Source: Oopsacas minuta
Lineage: Eukaryota; Animalia; Porifera
Direction: 5' to 3'
DNA length: 64,000 nucleotides
NCBI GenBank assembly: GCA_024704765.1
Contig: JAKMXF010000299.1
Location: 496,001 to 560,000 of the forward strand
Shown here: positions 1 to 11,848 of the stretch, in pieces
Layout of the letters: each line of letters starts with the position of its first letter
Position numbering within the stretch: the stretch's first letter is position 1
The notes under the pieces: model-generated
What the model saw: the letters and a program-made list of their open reading frames with translations, nothing else
What the model was told of the DNA's origin: nothing
The model's database searches: none
Position numbers and translations under genes: made by a program

Positions 1-21
1 ATTGAGTTACTGAATGAAAAA

Positions 22-3000
22 TTAATTATAAAATACGTCAGGATACTGACTAGATAGTTTACGATAGAAACTACGTAGATTGTTAGCAGCTCGTGAGATT
101 GGTGAATTTGGTTTATTGTAAGTTGCACAATTTGTGAAGATAAGCTCCATGTCTTGATCAAATTCATTAGCAGATCGGTAGATATTTTGTGATATTTTAT
201 CGCCAATAGTTTGGAGACACATTGGATGTTTTATTATCTGCGAATAGTCCGGTACATACCGATCCGATACCGGTTCTAGGAAGGGATCAGCCAAACGATG
301 ATTTTGTACTTTTTCCAAAATTTCTTCACAAAGAACCATGGTAGCTACAATTTCGATTTTCTGCTTTTTACTTCGAGTCTTTTTCAGAGCAGGTTCATTA
401 CGTTTTCTCTTTCCCGTAATGACAGTTTTACTTTCCTTCTTATTTCTTAATTTTTGTTTCTCACTTGAATCAGAGCTGTTTGAAGTTTCAGACGAATCAC
501 TGCTTTCATTTGAGCTTTCTTCCTCACTACTCTCTGTATCAGAAGCACTAACTTTCTCAGTGTAAGCCCCTCTTGCTTTACGGGACTTTGGACGTACAGG
601 GGAAGTAGGCTGACAATCTGGACAGAACCAGTCGGTTTTTGGTATGAACTTAAGTGGGGGTGTTAAGCAAAATGTGTGGTAACCTCGATCACACTTGTCA
701 CAAAGTAGGAGGCAGTTTTCATCTTTACCTCTACGACATATCTTACAGCGAGCATTCATAAGAGATTTATTCCAAGCAATGGAATATTCTAGAACAGAGA
801 GATGTAGAGCTATCTGAGATAGACTCGTGCATTTTGAGAGAGAACATCTCCAAGCTTTAGCGCAGCTATATTGAACGTCAGCTGTTTGTTTCTTTTTCCC
901 CTGTAAAGTTATATTCGAATTTCCAAGAGGTTGTTTGAGATATTTCGAATCAATACCTTCCTGTAGATTCAATAAACACTTTGACATTTCATAAACAACT
1001 CCATAAACAAGTTTATCACTCTCAACAGTAGGATTTAGCCTTACATAAGGAGTTACGCCAAATGTATCATCTGGTAGAAGTTCTCCTGTTTCAGGGAGCT
1101 TAACCGTAGACCCTATAGCTGTCTTGCTAGGAGAGGTCAAAGGACAACCTCCCTTCATAAAATCTTCTCTCCACCCAGTACGGTTTACCTCTGACAATGC
1201 ACCGAATCCACTGGTATATACCTTCTCTTCCAAATCGAGAATTTGTTCCCGTAGTGCTAACTCTAAGTATTCAGAAGCTTGCTCTGTGTTAGCTACTAAT
1301 CTTGCTACAGGATTATCATTCTTATTATCCATGTCGTCACTTGGTGACGTCACATTTTCTTGAGTAATTTTCTCAATTCTATCGAATATAGCTGCTCTAT
1401 ATTTGTCAATATTTGCCAGTAAATGAGCTTCACGGATACCCCTCCTACTCAGAGATTGGTAGAAAGATTCTATTTCAGGTATGGTAGCGTAGCTTGACCA
1501 TTTCTTGATTTCTCCTTGAATATTGAAAGAACTGTTAATTTCAGGTTTATCATATGTTTCATTTGGTGATTGATCATTTATGGAAATCGGTATATCAACC
1601 ATTTGTTGTTGTTGTGAAATCGTATCTTCCTGATATGATTCTTCAGGCATATACAGTGTAACAACTTCAATAGGTCTCTCAAGTATGTATGCCTCATGAC
1701 TTAAGTCTGGTGGTAGGTTACAAATAGGATTTCCTATGTCCATATTCAAACTAGTTTGGTTTTCAATTGACATTTCAGAAACTATCTGAGAGGATTGAAA
1801 AATTGGTTCAGGTTGTTCAGGTTGTTCTAGAATATTCGATTCTATATTCTTATAGTGTAGCATTAGTTCATTGACTTCATCGGGTAATGCTATATCTTTA
1901 CTGGTCATAGGTTCAACGAATATGCCAGGTAGACATTGAAATAGCCAGTAACGAGTATGAAACCTGTCTCTACCCAGTATAACAGCTCTGAGACTTGCAT
2001 TAGCTGTCATTAATTCTCTGAAACAACTCTCTCTCCTAGTTAAATCACCCATAACCGTACTCTCACCTGCTCCGGTTATTTCCTGTCTAGGAATATTTCT
2101 ATTTTTCTTCTTCTTCTTGCTAGAAGACAGAGATCGTATTTGTTTTCTCAAGCTCTTAGCTTCTGAGGCAGACTCCTCAATTGCCCCTCTCATGAATACA
2201 CAAGTCAGAAGCTGTGTACATAAGGTTTCTAGAATAATAGACTTTGAATCTTCATTCAAATCAAAAACACAAGTCGTCTCCAGAGCCTCAACAATATCAG
2301 AATGTTCCTGATTGAACGATACACAAGGATTGTCTCTGTCTGTATAATTCCCTCTACGCATAATTCTATGCATTTTCCTATCAAAAGAGTAAGGATTCCC
2401 TCCACTACAAATGAAATAAAGTCTCAATACTTCTGATATCGTACAGGAATCAATTCGTAGTTCACTTAGCTTACAGCCTAAATAAACAGCTGACCAAATC
2501 AAGCATCTATAGCTAGTGACGTCAGCAGGAGCTGAGTCATCATTATCTCCTTCAACAGTCATGGGTATTGGCTTAGATTTATCGTAAAGATTATCTAGTC
2601 CTGGGTATTGTTCATACTCCTGTTGCTCTTGTAGGAAGAACAGAGACCTTATTAGGAAATTAAGAAGTTTGAAGAATAGGCCTTCATATGTGTGTGACGT
2701 CAGCACCTGTTCAAGTTGCTGGAATGTTAGAGTATGCCATGTCATGCCTGAGTCATGTTCTAGGTTCTTACCTAGCGACCGAAAGAATTCTAGAATAGAA
2801 ACAGTACGACTGAAGGTATCAACAGAAAGCTGTGTTTGGAATGTAGTTGGTATAGGGATGCAGGGTATATTTCTTAATACAGTATCTTCTACAGGATTAG
2901 CTAGCTCTTCTCGTTGTCTCTGTTCTTCTAATTTCTGTTTCCTTAAATCTTCTCTCTCCTTAGCTCGGAGCTCTCTCAATTCAATCCTCTTAGTTTCTCT

Positions 3001-4122
3001 CTCAATACGACGCTGTTCTCTCAACTCTAAAAGAGCACTTTTGATACCCTCCCTCTCTTCACGTCCCAGGACATTCTTCTCAGCTCTACACTTTTTCCTC
3101 TGTTCCTGTTTACGTAGTCTGTCTGTCTCCATTCCCTGTTGTATCTTAACCCGATGCTCAGGATCAACCTTAAGGATATCCCGGTTAATAGGCAATATCC
3201 ATGTCTTATCGTCTGTATAGAAAGCTGTGAGAGGATAAGAGGGAGGGAAGTTGTGTTTAAGACGGAGATTATCCTTCAGAATTAATGGTAGTTCAGAAAA
3301 ATTGTCATCATCTGGGATACCACGTTGTAAAGAGGATCTTAACAAATACTTAATCCGTACTCTCGAATAAATTCCTTTGACACGCGATAGTTGCGAGGTT
3401 TGACAGCCTGTTATTTGTCGGTTTGTTGCTATATTAGGCCGTTTAGACTGTTTTCCTCGTTCTGTGTAATGCAATTCCTCTTCCAACTGTATATCGTAGC
3501 TATACTGGTTAGAATTTGGAAACAATACAGAATTGTCTATTGCTGAAACTAAATTTCCAGATACTTCATTATATATCTCCTTGTTTCCTTGTATTATATT
3601 TCCATTAGTAACTTCATCAGTTTGTGAATATTCGTGCTGTGGTTTTATGTGACTGTATTTTTCGCGAATATATTCTAAAATATCTCCATTAGGTATTTTT
3701 GGGTGGTGTATCTTGATTACAACACCCACGTAATATTTTCCGTTATCAAATACATTTACAGTTTCGCCGATTAAAAATCGGGATCGAAATAATTCGGATA
3801 ATTCAACCACAACTTGTTTCAATGATAACCGCAGACTAGAGTTTATTACCGCTAAAATCGCGACTACTATCGCATCAGGAAGTTCCTTTACAAGTTCAAA
3901 GGCTTGCTCTTCACTCTCTTTTGCTTGGAAAAATGTTAGACCTTGTTGTCCTGTGTATTGACAAGTCCATATCTGTGATAGGAGTTTGAAATGGTGATCA
4001 ATGTACTCTTCATACGTGCGGAATATCGCACCTGTTGACCTGCAACAAAAAACTTCTTCGGAATCAGATAGATCTCGGGGAACCTTGTAACTACTTTTAT
4101 GTGACTTATGGATAGTAGGCAT
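22..4122 (-). CDS. BAZ1A: BAZ1A/ACF1 bromodomain-PHD chromatin remodelling subunit, intronless
   Basis: N-terminal WAC domain ([19 protein letters not shown]...[13 protein letters not shown]), DDT/WHIM segments ([13 protein letters not shown]), PHD finger ([32 protein letters not shown]...WFCPDC), C-terminal bromodomain (DPFLEPV...[12 protein letters not shown]...NCATYN). First ATG is at 4122; the track's 4134 start is TTG. Confidence 0.93.
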   Translation of the reverse strand: MPTIHKSHKSSYKVPRDLSDSEEVFCCRSTGAIFRTYEEYIDHHFKLLSQIWTCQYTGQQGLTFFQAKESEEQAFELVKELPDAIVVAILAVINSSLRLSLKQVVVELSELFRSRFLIGETVNVFDNGKYYVGVVIKIHHPKIPNGDILEYIREKYSHIKPQHEYSQTDEVTNGNIIQGNKEIYNEVSGNLVSAIDNSVLFPNSNQYSYDIQLEEELHYTERGKQSKRPNIATNRQITGCQTSQLSRVKGIYSRVRIKYLLRSSLQRGIPDDDNFSELPLILKDNLRLKHNFPPSYPLTAFYTDDKTWILPINRDILKVDPEHRVKIQQGMETDRLRKQEQRKKCRAEKNVLGREEREGIKSALLELREQRRIERETKRIELRELRAKEREDLRKQKLEEQRQREELANPVEDTVLRNIPCIPIPTTFQTQLSVDTFSRTVSILEFFRSLGKNLEHDSGMTWHTLTFQQLEQVLTSHTYEGLFFKLLNFLIRSLFFLQEQQEYEQYPGLDNLYDKSKPIPMTVEGDNDDSAPADVTSYRCLIWSAVYLGCKLSELRIDSCTISEVLRLYFICSGGNPYSFDRKMHRIMRRGNYTDRDNPCVSFNQEHSDIVEALETTCVFDLNEDSKSIILETLCTQLLTCVFMRGAIEESASEAKSLRKQIRSLSSSKKKKKNRNIPRQEITGAGESTVMGDLTRRESCFRELMTANASLRAVILGRDRFHTRYWLFQCLPGIFVEPMTSKDIALPDEVNELMLHYKNIESNILEQPEQPEPIFQSSQIVSEMSIENQTSLNMDIGNPICNLPPDLSHEAYILERPIEVVTLYMPEESYQEDTISQQQQMVDIPISINDQSPNETYDKPEINSSFNIQGEIKKWSSYATIPEIESFYQSLSRRGIREAHLLANIDKYRAAIFDRIEKITQENVTSPSDDMDNKNDNPVARLVANTEQASEYLELALREQILDLEEKVYTSGFGALSEVNRTGWREDFMKGGCPLTSPSKTAIGSTVKLPETGELLPDDTFGVTPYVRLNPTVESDKLVYGVVYEMSKCLLNLQEGIDSKYLKQPLGNSNITLQGKKKQTADVQYSCAKAWRCSLSKCTSLSQIALHLSVLEYSIAWNKSLMNARCKICRRGKDENCLLLCDKCDRGYHTFCLTPPLKFIPKTDWFCPDCQPTSPVRPKSRKARGAYTEKVSASDTESSEEESSNESSDSSETSNSSDSSEKQKLRNKKESKTVITGKRKRNEPALKKTRSKKQKIEIVATMVLCEEILEKVQNHRLADPFLEPVSDRYVPDYSQIIKHPMCLQTIGDKISQNIYRSANEFDQDMELIFTNCATYNKPNSPISRAANNLRSFYRKLSSQYPDVFYN

Positions 4123-4528
4123 TCTAAATAACAATAATAAAGTTTAATTATAAAGGTCATGTAACTATTAGCTGGTTACAAATATGAGACTATTACGAAT
4201 TAATAAATACTGATAGTCGCAATAAATAAGTATAATGAACTAGATTTCAGGTCCCTTGACTAACAATACCTTATATAAGTGTTATGAGTGGTAATTGACA
4301 TAGAGACGAGACAAAGTGTAATATTTCTAAAATGAAGAGTACGTCATAGCTGCCAAGACTCATAAACAAAACATAATACTGATAAGATAAATATTTATAA
4401 AATTTCCAAAAACTCAATTGAGAAGATACAAACAATATATTAATCATACAAATTGTATAAATATATACAATACCAGATAAAAATAAAAATAATCACTGCA
4501 CTTGAAAGGAAAACACAAATATATAATG

Positions 4529-5248
4529 CTAGCAATTATTTTGAACAAAGCGGGTGACGTCATTCAAGTCAGCTTCCTGTAAAGCCTGTATCAATCCAGC
4601 TTTGGTATAGTTAGGTGGTTTATTTGGATCTCCTTGTCCATCAGCTGACTGTTTCCACCACGATATAAGAGCATCCATCATATCGTTATGGTTTTTCCGA
4701 ACAGCAACTTCGTTACCGTACAAGATACTTGACATTTTCAGGCCTACTACAGCGAACATTTTAAAATCTTGGTTGGGGAAATTCTTGGCAAACTTGAAAA
4801 ACATGAATTTATCCTCAAGAGGCTTATCGGAAGTAATCGTGGTGGTGTAGAGCGTAGGTGTAGTAGGAACTTCATATTTCGGTTTAGCGATTTCACTTTT
4901 TGGAGCAGTAAATTCAGATGTTGGAGCAGTGAGTTCATGTGTTTGCTCTATAGGGGAGGCCATCAACAATTCATCCATTATTGAAACGCATCTTTGGGAA
5001 GATTCAGAATTAATTTTTCTATTAATTTTATCGAAGATGAATTTCAGAAATTCATATTCTCCAAATCCTTCGGGAACATATTTAGAAGAGTATACTTTTT
5101 TCAGGATAGATAGTACATTAAAATCTTTATCAACATTGTCTAAATCTTGTGCGAAGAACCTGAGAGATTCAATAAACAATTTATCATTATTGATGGTGTC
5201 TTGTAGCTCTTGAAAGATAGCATTCGGTCGGTAGCTGTCAGTTTCCAT
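4529..5248 (-). CDS. Death-fold adaptor-like protein (DED-like N-terminus + death-domain-like C-terminus), paralogue 1
   Basis: N-terminal LRFFAQDL...YEFLKFIFDKINRK resembles a death effector domain. C-terminal FAVVGL...LISWW...TKAGLIQALQEADLNDV resembles a death domain. Thr/Pro-rich linker. By-eye profile match only. Confidence 0.6.
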   Translation of the reverse strand: METDSYRPNAIFQELQDTINNDKLFIESLRFFAQDLDNVDKDFNVLSILKKVYSSKYVPEGFGEYEFLKFIFDKINRKINSESSQRCVSIMDELLMASPIEQTHELTAPTSEFTAPKSEIAKPKYEVPTTPTLYTTTITSDKPLEDKFMFFKFAKNFPNQDFKMFAVVGLKMSSILYGNEVAVRKNHNDMMDALISWWKQSADGQGDPNKPPNYTKAGLIQALQEADLNDVTRFVQNNC

Positions 5249-5596
5249 AGCTTACTAATTAGCACAAGTACGTCGTCAGTAATTAGTACCAATTATGCAG
5301 CAATACAGTCCACTTGTAAATAATAAATTGTATAATATACTGTACTATGTGCCAAACTTCCCAGGAATCCTGAATTATTTCGTGTTTTCACTTCATATCC
5401 AAACTAAAATGTTATATGTTGTTGCAATATATATGGGATATTTCGGTGTGATAGGGGAAATAATAGGAAATCCTGGTAGATTACTGAAAAATTGAGGGAT
5501 TTGGCAAATACAAATATTGAGAAATTCCCACTTGGATAGATAAAAATAGAAATATCACAAATGAGAACAAATTAAATCCGACGAAGTATAAAATAG

Positions 5597-6262
5597 CTAT
5601 TGCAATCCCAGAGAATATATTGCGTTATTGTGGTCACATTCTTTAAGTGCATACTTTAGGCCACGTTTTGTATAAGGTGGAGGGTCTTTACTGTTAAACT
5701 GGAGATGATCTAAAGGAGCTATTCCTCGCCAATGATTGCATATTCTCCCAATTTTTTCTTTTGTGTCAGATAAGACTTCAACCGCATTATTATATTCTAT
5801 TGTCTTAATTCGTAACCCGATCACAGCGAATTCCTTTAACTTGCCAACATCTAAATGCTTATGTAGATTCATCACATATATATCAGTCAAACTTTCATCC
5901 ATATCAATAGCTTCAGGCTTAGCAGCTGGTTTGTAAGGTGCTTTTACAGGATCAGTTGATTGGGGTACAGGCTGAAGCATTCCTGGTTTATGCGAAATAT
6001 CACCAGGGAAATACCGTAAATAGCGTTTGAAATTATCGTCATAATCTGCCATTAGTACAAGACACTCTTTTAAATGAGAGATAACATCCGGGTCACTTCG
6101 GGTTTTTTGCAAGTTCTGCATTAAATTTGATATTTTATTTTTTGATGTACCTTTTGCTATTTTTCGGTTTAAGAAGCACAAAGCTTCGATATGATAAGGG
6201 TCATTCATATCGAACTCTGTTATAAGAGCAGTTTCCAATGTTGTGTATGCGTGGGACGACAT
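5597..6262 (-). CDS. Death-fold adaptor-like protein (DED-like + death-domain-like), paralogue 2
   Basis: Shares FAV(I/V)GL and PP.YTK.GL..AL.E.D.N motifs with the 4529-5248 ORF. N-terminal IEALCFL...ISHLKECL is DED-like. Probable ATG at 6262; the track's 6283 start is TTG. Confidence 0.58.
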   Translation of the reverse strand: MSSHAYTTLETALITEFDMNDPYHIEALCFLNRKIAKGTSKNKISNLMQNLQKTRSDPDVISHLKECLVLMADYDDNFKRYLRYFPGDISHKPGMLQPVPQSTDPVKAPYKPAAKPEAIDMDESLTDIYVMNLHKHLDVGKLKEFAVIGLRIKTIEYNNAVEVLSDTKEKIGRICNHWRGIAPLDHLQFNSKDPPPYTKRGLKYALKECDHNNAIYSLGLQ

Positions 6263-6679
6263 AATGGTTTGGAAAGTATTCAATTTTTCTATTATAATAC
6301 TGATTGCATATTATCAACATATCAAGGTACTATATATCAAATATTGGTGTATTCGTTATGACGAATAAAATAGGATTAAAAGTCATATCTTTAAGAGTAA
6401 TTCGAGAAAATATATTTGTGGAACGATCGAATAACAGCATCCACTGTTATTGATTAAAAACTTCTATTTTGGTGACTTAATTGGTTTTTGATGCATAAAA
6501 ATATCAAATAGCAAATATGGATCGCATAAACAAACTTTAATTCTAATAACAGAGCAAGTAAACAAGATTTCACAGAACTTGGCTTCTGAGAAACAAGCAA
6601 AGAGCAGAATTATGAGAAATAAATATAACAGGAGAATCACCCAAAGCAATAGCAAAATATTCAATAGTAAATACGTATT

Positions 6680-7816
6680 CTAGCGAGTGAAATATGTTGT
6701 GAAGGATATTGTATACCTTTTACACAGTATAGCCCATGTATGTAGTAGTTTTCGGCGAAAAATAATGAGTAATAAAATTGAATTGATAATAATAAGAGCC
6801 GAGTCAGTATTAGGGATTATATTATACAAGCTGAATTTGTTGTCACTGTTTATGACGTCAGAAGATTTAGCTCTCTGTTTAGCATGATCCCATTCTAACC
6901 CTCTCTTGAGTGTATCTACATAATAACAGGTGCGACAGAATATACTATCAGTCCACAACACTTCGTTATTCTTAACATATTCTGGGTCAAATGGTTTCTT
7001 TTTCCATTCAAAATAGCTGTTATACAGAGTTTCATTCTCTAATACTAACTTCAGGTAGTTAGCTACATCATCTGGTGAATTGAACTCAGCTACATCAATG
7101 TACGAGCCTTTAGGGACAGCATCTGTTATGTCACGTGTCCCCATCCACACTGGTAATACTCCAGCTTCAAATGCTTGATACACTTTCTCAGATATATATC
7201 CAGGAGAGTCTCCATTCTCAAATGCCAGATGTATCTTGGATCCTCGTAAAACTTCTACTTTACTACAGGGACGACCATTACAATCTGGCCAATTCATATT
7301 GTTCAGACATTCGCCAGGAGCTATTAACCCAATTTTATTACCAATTACTCTGACGTATTCATTTCGGTAATTCATTGGGTAACAATTTCTAGCTACAAAT
7401 GTAGCTTTTGGTAGTGCGTCTTTTGGCATGGTAACTTCTTTAACTACATCCATATTTGGAATAAGTAACCAAGGAATATCAGATTTTCTATCTAGCAGAG
7501 CTGAGCCTTCAAAATGCTTACTCAAATATTCCAGTTTCAACAAGTGAGAATAGTGTTGAGGTTCTTGAGATGCTAAGATACGTATAGGTACTTGTGAGTT
7601 TCCTTCTACAGCTGCTAAAACGTGTCCATTAAACATGGCAGTAATAAACTCAGCATCTGGATTACTCTGATTTTCTGTCAATTCACAATGAATTTCACAA
7701 TTTACCAAATGCGCCATATGTCGACCAAATATAATCTCTGGGATTAGATTAATGGTTATTGGAAAACAGAAACCAAATATGGAAAATATTATTATAGACA
7801 ATACTTGCTTTTGCAT
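6680..7816 (-). CDS. Alpha-1,3/4-fucosyltransferase (GT10)
   Basis: ATFVARNC and the alpha-1,3-FucT motif KIHLAFENGDSPGYISEKVYQAFEAGVLPVWMG, then YIDVAEF...YLK...LYNSYFEWK. Hydrophobic N-terminus plus a second C-terminal hydrophobic segment. Confidence 0.92.
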   Translation of the reverse strand: MQKQVLSIIIFSIFGFCFPITINLIPEIIFGRHMAHLVNCEIHCELTENQSNPDAEFITAMFNGHVLAAVEGNSQVPIRILASQEPQHYSHLLKLEYLSKHFEGSALLDRKSDIPWLLIPNMDVVKEVTMPKDALPKATFVARNCYPMNYRNEYVRVIGNKIGLIAPGECLNNMNWPDCNGRPCSKVEVLRGSKIHLAFENGDSPGYISEKVYQAFEAGVLPVWMGTRDITDAVPKGSYIDVAEFNSPDDVANYLKLVLENETLYNSYFEWKKKPFDPEYVKNNEVLWTDSIFCRTCYYVDTLKRGLEWDHAKQRAKSSDVINSDNKFSLYNIIPNTDSALIIINSILLLIIFRRKLLHTWAILCKRYTISFTTYFTR

Positions 7817-7932
7817 ACTTGAATATATAAGGAAATGCGAAATGTTGCTAAAGAAAATTTCAAGAATTTAGCACAACAATACAATCTACATGTTGAGGGC
7901 GAAAATAAAAGTACTTTTCGATACATAAACGA

Positions 7933-8293
7933 CAGACTTGCCGTGGAGATGAAAAATCCCATTCATATCCATATCCATATCCATGTCATTTTTGCGTGGA
8001 TATCCATAGATATTTCAATAATCTAATATAACCTGTCTCTAACAGCAACCCAAGACTGGCTAGTAGTGACCGTTATGTACAGGTAACCGCTATGCAGAGG
8101 TTAATTAATGTATTGAATGTTATACTAAATCTCGAGATATTATGTAAACTATCATTCATAAACTAAAAACCCTCAATATCACTATCATCCTCAAATGATA
8201 GTGGTATTGATTCATTGTTGATGGCCTTTGCTACTTCCATGGATATGACCAAAACCTAGATATCCATCCATAGCTATATCCACGGCAAGCCTG
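7933..8293. mobile_element. hAT-type MITE
   Basis: TIRs CAGACTTGCCGTGGAGAT / ATATCCACGGCAAGCCTG (16/18 match). Perfect 8-bp TSD ATAAACGA at 7925-7932 and 8294-8301. Subterminal (CATATC)n repeats. Confidence 0.88.
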
Positions 8294-8334
8294 ATAAACG
8301 AACCACCCAAGAAAATTTATAATTTATGTAGACC

Positions 8335-8551
8335 CATACTTGCCAACTGTCCCGATTTTTGGCAGGACGTCGCACTTTTTGGACATATGTTGAGGGTCAA
8401 TGAGGCTAATGTCCCGCCAAAACTTGTCAAAAACCTTAAATATCACGCTTTGTTGTAGTCCAGTCTAATACAAATATGCTACGTCCCGCGATGTCCCGCT
8501 AAATTATTGTCTTCCGACCCGCTTTATTCTTCAGTCAGGTTGGCAAACATG
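8335..8551. mobile_element. MITE with CAT(A/G)(C/T)TTGCCAAC termini
   Basis: TIRs CATACTTGCCAAC / GTTGGCAAACATG. Flanking direct repeat TAGACC at 8329-8334 and 8552-8557. Related copy at ~49522-49945; related termini near 46709 and 53926. Confidence 0.7.
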
Positions 8552-8559
8552 TAGACCTA

Positions 8560-8956
8560 TCTAATTAGAATTATCCTTATTGTAGACCCAAGCTATCTTG
8601 TTATAGGAAATTAACAAGAATTTTCGAATACAATAAATAAACGGGATAGGGGACAGGATATTTAAATACATGAAAAAACCGCATATAAACATTTGCAAAA
8701 ATACTATTTTTCGAAACTTTGGAAAATTGGCTTCGAATCATCTTGATAGATATGCCATATGGTGTCCTCTCAACACAGTTGCATATGCGAAATAGAGGTA
8801 TGCCAACGTAGGGCTGTGCTGGAAATGAAGGTCAAGTAAATACACATAATGAAAATTTACTGGAAGTGAAGCAAATCTTATTATTTCCCATAATAAGGTA
8901 CAGCATATATAGATATTATTCCATATAAGAACATCATCAGGACTCGGAGTAGACAA
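8560..8956 (-). pseudogene. Possible decayed fragment of the orphan 7TM family
   Basis: Hydrophobic reading frames broken by a TGA and a frameshift. ICNCVERTPYGISIK resembles SNCLLNKIYGIQL of 17191-18294, followed by FMYLNILSPIPFIYCIRK. Confidence 0.3.
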
Positions 8957-9593
8957 TTAAATTCTAACTAATTCAGAATATTTAGAACAAAAATGGTCAC
9001 GAAAAAATTAGGGAAATACCGTATTCTTAATTATAATCTGGATTTAGTGAATAAAGTTAATTTTGCCTTATAAAGTTCCAAAAACTAATCATTATCTAAA
9101 GTAGGTAAGTCTGAATTAAAAGGCATAAAAATGAAAACATTAAAGAGATCTTTTAAGTTTTTTAGCTGTACACAAAAGGTTTTATCAATAGATTAGATAT
9201 AGTAGCTTGTGACGAGAGTATCAAAGCAGAGGAGCGCTCTCCAAATATGATTCAGGAGCCGAAGGTGGAGCGCGCCCCTATTTAATTGCAACAATTTACA
9301 ATTTCATCGTTATTCTTCACATAATTCAGTATTCTTGCTATAAAAAGTGGATGCTGGGACAGTTTTGTATAATTCACAATTTGTTGAATGATCTGACGTT
9401 GCACATTGTCAAATTTTGTCACTCAAACCCAAGGGCCTTGAGATAAGCGATAGTATCCGAATACATACATAGACCAACTTCAGATAATACTAATGCTGGT
9501 CACCTACCCCGAGTAGACAGTTTTATATCATGAAATAGAATGAAATAATTAGGTAGTCTTATATGAATTAGCTAAGTTGCTGGTGGTCCTTGA

Positions 9594-9699
9594 TCGGGTC
9601 ACTTTGCCATAAACAGAACCATACAAATAGTGTTAATTTACTCAGGTTAATAGGACCAACAAGGTCCCGATGTGATCCTATTAAGCGGAGTCTTCTGTA
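9594..9699. mobile_element. Truncated pogo/Tigger-like MITE
   Basis: AACAGAACCATACAAATAG...CTATTAAGCGGAGTCTTCTGTA closely matches 60505-60602. Confidence 0.5.
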
Positions 9700-9711
9700 C
9701 TTAGACATGAG

Positions 9712-10248
9712 CAGTAGCGTAACGACGGAGGGGCAATGGGGGCACATGCCCCCAGCGGCACTTTCTGGGGGGGGGCGGCATTTTGACATATTGGTCCACA
9801 CAAATATGATAAATCTCATGTGATCTCATGATAATTTATATCAGTCCTAACCAGGGTTGTCTCTTTAAAGTTTAAACCTACCCCTCTGGATTAAACCATT
9901 GTTTAAACCGGTTAGAGGTCTTACTGAGGCAACTGACTTCACCTATGTGATCGATAAGTTTGCGAGACTCAAAGCACGAAAGGTCAGGCTGTGAAGAAGA
10001 GCTACTAACGACCCGAAGCGGTAGTATTATTGTATTTTCGGTTAAAAGTTTCGAACATATATGCGTAATCACATATTATGTAAAAAATAACTAAACGTGG
10101 TATCTAATGAACCAGGGCAGGGACAAGAGAATTTTCAAACAACACCCTCCCCAGGAGTTGTTTAAGATAACTACTCATAAAGTTACGTTTTAGGGGGCGG
10201 CGTTTAGAGCATGTGCCCCCAGCGGCACTAGACATCGTTACGCCACTG
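9712..10248. mobile_element. hAT-type MITE
   Basis: TIRs CAGTAGCGTAACGA / TCGTTACGCCACTG. Perfect 8-bp TSD GACATGAG at 9704-9711 and 10249-10256. Subterminal CATG(T)GCCCCCAGCGGCACT repeated at both ends. Confidence 0.9.
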
Positions 10249-10991
10249 GACATGAGGTTGGAATAAAACAAAATATTGGGTATATCTTTGATGCTTTGAT
10301 TATCATTTTCATTAAAATCATCTCATTGTTTCAATTCGATAATTATGTAAGCATTCAATGATAATAATTGTTAATTAAATCTGAAAAATAGTATAATTAT
10401 TAGACAAATACTTTGTATTTCAGCATATTTAATGCTGAAGTTAGATACGAACAAGTAGAAATTAGAATGCTATACAAAATGCCACAATTCCTACAAGGCC
10501 AACATATACATTATCCAATATTTTTATTAAAAGGCCCTCACCGCAACAATCCACATTTCTTCCTACATGCACTGTATGCCCCCATTAACAAGCAATTACT
10601 GATTTGCCATCATTTGTATAGTAAATAATAAATAAGTATTGTTTGGATTACTCCAGGTGCTGGAGAATTGGTAGACACAAGTCATTATAACTTCACGAGG
10701 TATAGAGTAGAGGGCATCACAGTACAACCTTTAGAATCAAGATATATCTGAGGTACAATGACAATCACCATGTTATCATAATTATAATTTTGTAAATATG
10801 GAAATGTAAATTATGAAAATAATAATATAATAATGATGTAATCCCAGCAGTAAGCATGTTCATATGTTGCCTTATAGAACTGAAATAAGTTTATCACCTT
10901 TGTGTCCTAGTATGGTATAATGTAGAAAGTAGAAACTTTTTACAATTACTTTGTATGAGAATGATTTGTAGAATATGTAAACATCTATATA

Positions 10992-11060
10992 CAGTAGAAC
11001 TCGGATAAGACGTACTAATTTCTGTTTCCTGAGGGGGTACGTCTTATCTGAGTTCTACTG
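10992..11060. mobile_element. 69-bp pogo/Tigger-like MITE (near-perfect hairpin)
   Basis: CAGTAGAACTCGGATAAGACGTAC ... GTACGTCTTATCTGAGTTCTACTG (23/24), TA on both sides. Related ends at ~41152-41300, 57156 and 59452. Confidence 0.85.
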
Positions 11061-11848
11061 TATTTCTTTGTATATGGCAATTATGTAATCTAAAACAATG
11101 AACACATAAAATAATAATTGAATAAATATACAAAAGAATTCAAATTATTGAAAAGCTTTTGAAGGCAAATGAAGAATTCAGAAGATGATAACATTCTCAA
11201 TAATTTATAACCATTAATTATCCAGTTTATGTAGATAAAACTGAAGCGGCCTTTCAGGATGTGATATAAAAATCATACATAGCACCGGGTTAGCTAATAG
11301 CTATGCCTGTGAATACATGTATTGTATTAGATATAGTCTTGTAATATATCAAGTATATACCAAATGAGATCATCTAATAAGGACTGATAATATTCTTTAG
11401 AAAAAAGGTGAAAAATATCAGAGCATAAGTCTCAATCTCCAATAATTGTCTAAGAAATACACTCCAAATATGGATCTAGTTGGTATTTTGTGACCATACC
11501 AGCTGATTCATTTTTCTAATGATGATAGTAGATAACACTAAGTGTAGAGAATTCGCCTAATGGTTGTTCTATGAAAATACTGATAATTCTCTTGAACTAA
11601 TGGTAGAGACTTGCTCTCAACGGATATTTAGGGCAGGGGTAATCAAGCTAATTCCAAGTTTCCCACTTTCAAGTTACTTTGTAAATAATTGTTGTTCCTA
11701 TAAAATATTCAAGACAGGAAGTGCTGAGTCCCATGCGAAGCGCGGTTCTCACAATTATATTATCAGCCATTAAAAAGTGCATTAATTTTATTAAACAGTA
11801 AAATTCACATACAAAGGGCAGAAATATATAAACTGATGGATTCGTGAT

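Noticed and set aside
338-3220. Plus-strand ORFs overlapping BAZ1A, and similar short antisense ORFs over NCK, DOLK, NHE, GT32 and LRR
   Set aside because: They are antisense shadows of real coding sequence with no independent domain signal.
7960-8010. (CATATC)n repeats considered as a CRISPR-like or regulatory array
   Set aside because: They are subterminal repeats of the hAT MITE; there is no repeat-spacer structure or cas gene anywhere in the window.
10413-10760. Short ORFs, including a minus-strand DCCG followed by a hydrophobic stretch (tetraspanin-like)
   Set aside because: The frame is broken, no other tetraspanin segments were found, and the similarity is too short to support.
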